From a virus (taxonomy: Duplodnaviria > Caudoviricetes), in IMG/VR virus record IMGVR_UViG_3300035666_000153, positions 1-24,634 of that record: 24,634 bases of DNA; one strand, written 5' to 3'. A program made the translations under genes and the position numbers. The first letter of the stretch is position 1, and every line of letters begins with the position of its first letter. Under the pieces are notes generated by a model, which did not search any database, was not told the DNA's origin, and saw only the letters and a list, made by a program, of their open reading frames with translations. This document shows, in pieces, positions 22,485-24,634 of the stretch.

Positions 22485-22853
22485 ATGATAGCAAAAATTA
22501 AAATTGTAAATTACTTAACTAACGAGGTAGTGAAAGACGAAACTGTACATAAGTCATTCACACTAAACGAAATGAGAGATTGGGCGGATCGAGCGAGCAT
22601 AAAGTTCTGTGATCTGTACCCAGATTGCGGAGTGACTATATCTTACCAAGACGGAAAAAGTTTTATCGCTACGCAGCCGAAGAACATGAGGATAGACGAG
22701 GCTATGTATTACGACGGAGAGATGACGTGGGACGAGTACTCAAATAAATGGTACAAGTTCGACGAATCGATGTGCGTAGAGTACCCTGTGGAAGTAGAAG
22801 AAGAGAGCGTAGATCCTTGGGAATTGGATAAGGCGGATCCATCATGCGATTAA
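22485..22853 (+). CDS. hypothetical acidic protein
   Basis: 122 aa ORF. Confidence 0.7.
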   Translation: MIAKIKIVNYLTNEVVKDETVHKSFTLNEMRDWADRASIKFCDLYPDCGVTISYQDGKSFIATQPKNMRIDEAMYYDGEMTWDEYSNKWYKFDESMCVEYPVEVEEESVDPWELDKADPSCD

Positions 22854-22874
22854 CACATTAATAAAAAAATAACT

Positions 22875-23261
22875 ATGGAACAAATACGACCAGCATACGC
22901 TACATTTGAACAAGCTAAAAAGCTTAAAGAGAAAAGATTTAATGAAATCTGTTTTTCATGGTATTCAGATGTAGGTGATAGAATACTTTATGGAGCAGCT
23001 GAAATGGATTTTAAAGCACCAGAACAATGGCAAGTAGTAGAATGGTTAAGGGTTAATCATGGTATTCACTTAGAAGTATCTTGTGATGTTTATGGAGAAT
23101 TATGGTTTGTTAAATTAGAGGTGTGTTCAAAAGAAGTTTGGGATGATTTGGATAAAAGACATAAGATATTAACTGCACATCGCAAATTTAATAATCAACA
23201 TAAATCAAAACAAGAAGCATATAGTGCAGCATTTGATTACATTTTAAATAATTTAATATGA
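22875..23261 (+). CDS. hypothetical protein, paralog A
   Basis: paralog of 24073-24516. Confidence 0.8.
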   Translation: MEQIRPAYATFEQAKKLKEKRFNEICFSWYSDVGDRILYGAAEMDFKAPEQWQVVEWLRVNHGIHLEVSCDVYGELWFVKLEVCSKEVWDDLDKRHKILTAHRKFNNQHKSKQEAYSAAFDYILNNLI

Positions 23262-23536
23262 AAAATAAAGAACTACAAGAATTACTCAAAAATTTTCCTG
23301 ATGATATGGAAGTTTGGGTATCAGATAATGGATATTGCGAAGGCGGTGAAAGATTAAATAAAGTTCAAGTAGTGAAAGCTATTGACGCTGGTTTAGATGG
23401 AGATCAAGTTGGTGATGAATACATTTATGTAGAAGATGACACTAACATTTCAGAGTATTTAGTTAAAGGATATTTCTTATCAGAAGATGGTGAAACTTTA
23501 TCTAAAGAAATAATCTATTTAAATAATAGTATTTAA
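23258..23536 (+). CDS. hypothetical protein
   Basis: ATGA coupling. Confidence 0.7.
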   Translation: MKNKELQELLKNFPDDMEVWVSDNGYCEGGERLNKVQVVKAIDAGLDGDQVGDEYIYVEDDTNISEYLVKGYFLSEDGETLSKEIIYLNNSI

Positions 23537-23537
23537 T

Positions 23538-23915
23538 ATGATAGTGATTACAATTTTTACAGCAATAATTTTAATATGGCTATTAATTGCCTTAATCAAT
23601 AAAAGAAAGAATAGCGGGCTATTTAAACAATTGGGTAAATATGGTTATGAACCCATTACACCAGAGTTCTCTTTAGAACAGCTTGATAATCTCCCTTTAG
23701 ATGATGAAAGAGTTGTTGAAGAGTATAAAAACATAGCTAATATACTTTTTGAAGAATTTGGAATACTTGTATTAACTCTTCAACTGATACCTGGATGGAG
23801 GTATTCTATCACTAGTAGATATAAAGGAGACTTCTTAGGTTCAGATAAAAACTATCCAACAAAACAAGAAGCATTACGTGCTGCATTTATTCATGTATTA
23901 AGAGAATGGATATGA
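23538..23915 (+). CDS. membrane-anchored hypothetical protein, distant paralog of A/B
   Basis: N-terminal TM; C-terminal TKQEALRAAFIHVL resembles SKQEAYSAAFDYIL. Confidence 0.7.
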   Translation: MIVITIFTAIILIWLLIALINKRKNSGLFKQLGKYGYEPITPEFSLEQLDNLPLDDERVVEEYKNIANILFEEFGILVLTLQLIPGWRYSITSRYKGDFLGSDKNYPTKQEALRAAFIHVLREWI

Positions 23916-24076
23916 AATACTTAGTTTCCTGGATAATTTGGAATAGAAATAATCCTGAGTGGAGAGCTATATATAAGTTTCAAAAATGCTCTACTGAAGA
24001 AAAAGCAAATAGACTTAGATCTAATCTTTTAAAACAAACTTCTTTTATTGAAGTTTATATATCTAAAATCATATGA
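23912..24076 (+). CDS. small hypothetical protein (54 aa)
   Basis: read manually; ATGA overlaps on both sides. Confidence 0.6.
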   Translation: MKYLVSWIIWNRNNPEWRAIYKFQKCSTEEKANRLRSNLLKQTSFIEVYISKII

Positions 24077-24516
24077 CACAAATACAACCATCATACGCAA
24101 CCTTTGAACAAGCTAAAAAACTTAAAAAGATTGGGTTTGACTCATATACAAACATTGGATATTCTGAATCTGGTAAAAAGTATTATCATCAAGGGGGTCA
24201 AGAGCCTGTAAAAAATGGACAAAACTACTATGAAGGGCGTGACTATCAAGGTGAACCATTTTTATGTTCAGCACCTGAACAATGGGAAGTTGTAGAATGG
24301 CTAAGAATCAATCATAGTATTCACGTAGAAGTATCTTGTGATGTTTATGGAGAATTATGGTTTGTTAAATTAGAGGTGTGTTCAAAAGAAGTTTGGGATG
24401 ATTTGGATAAAAGACATAAGATATTAACTGCACATCGCAAATTTAATAATGAACATAAATCAAAACAAGAAGCCTACTCAGCAGCATTTGATTATATTTT
24501 AAACAACTTGATATGA
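24073..24516 (+). CDS. hypothetical protein, paralog B
   Basis: paralog of 22875-23261. Confidence 0.8.
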   Translation: MTQIQPSYATFEQAKKLKKIGFDSYTNIGYSESGKKYYHQGGQEPVKNGQNYYEGRDYQGEPFLCSAPEQWEVVEWLRINHSIHVEVSCDVYGELWFVKLEVCSKEVWDDLDKRHKILTAHRKFNNEHKSKQEAYSAAFDYILNNLI

Positions 24517-24634
24517 CATCAGCAAATACAATAGAATACACAATATTTGACAAAAATAATAAAGAAGTTGGACGTCACTCACAAAATATAATGTGTAGTA
24601 CATGTAATGATGGATTGGAGAAATTTCAACCTTA
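24513..24634 (+). CDS. hypothetical protein, partial (runs off the window)
   Basis: ATGA coupling; open to the window end. Confidence 0.55.
   Translation, partial: MTSANTIEYTIFDKNNKEVGRHSQNIMCSTCNDGLEKFQP

Noticed and set aside
22875-24516. Diversity-generating retroelement TR/VR pair
   Set aside because: Only one mismatch (C/G, not at adenine), both copies are coding, and no reverse transcriptase is in the window.
1-24634. Stop-codon recoding
   Set aside because: Genes are intact in code 11, TAA, TAG and TGA all end genes, and no CTA/TCA/TTA suppressor anticodon was found.

Overview
AT-rich, fully + strand segment of what looks like a large (jumbo) phage, probably infecting Bacteroidota (inferred from TAnnTTT(A/G)-type promoters and the lack of Shine-Dalgarno sequences). 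1-7576: small phage genes including an HNH-like protein, a zincin, denV and thyA. ~7835-8690: a giant structured ncRNA (GOLLD-like). 8771-8970: a 47-codon leader ORF that uses all 20 amino acids and is coupled to an antiterminator/terminator switch. 8973-14983: an array of 27 tRNAs covering all 20 amino acids plus one tRNA-like element, interspersed with three homing endonucleases and about nine unexplained structured RNAs, one of them a mimic of the 23S rRNA L11-binding (GTPase-associated) centre. 15020-end: a YkuK RNase H-like gene and many small accessory genes. The best candidate for a new system is a pan-codon, translation-sensing attenuator that would switch on a complete replacement tRNA set when host translation stalls. 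All calls were made by eye, with no database searches or folding computations.
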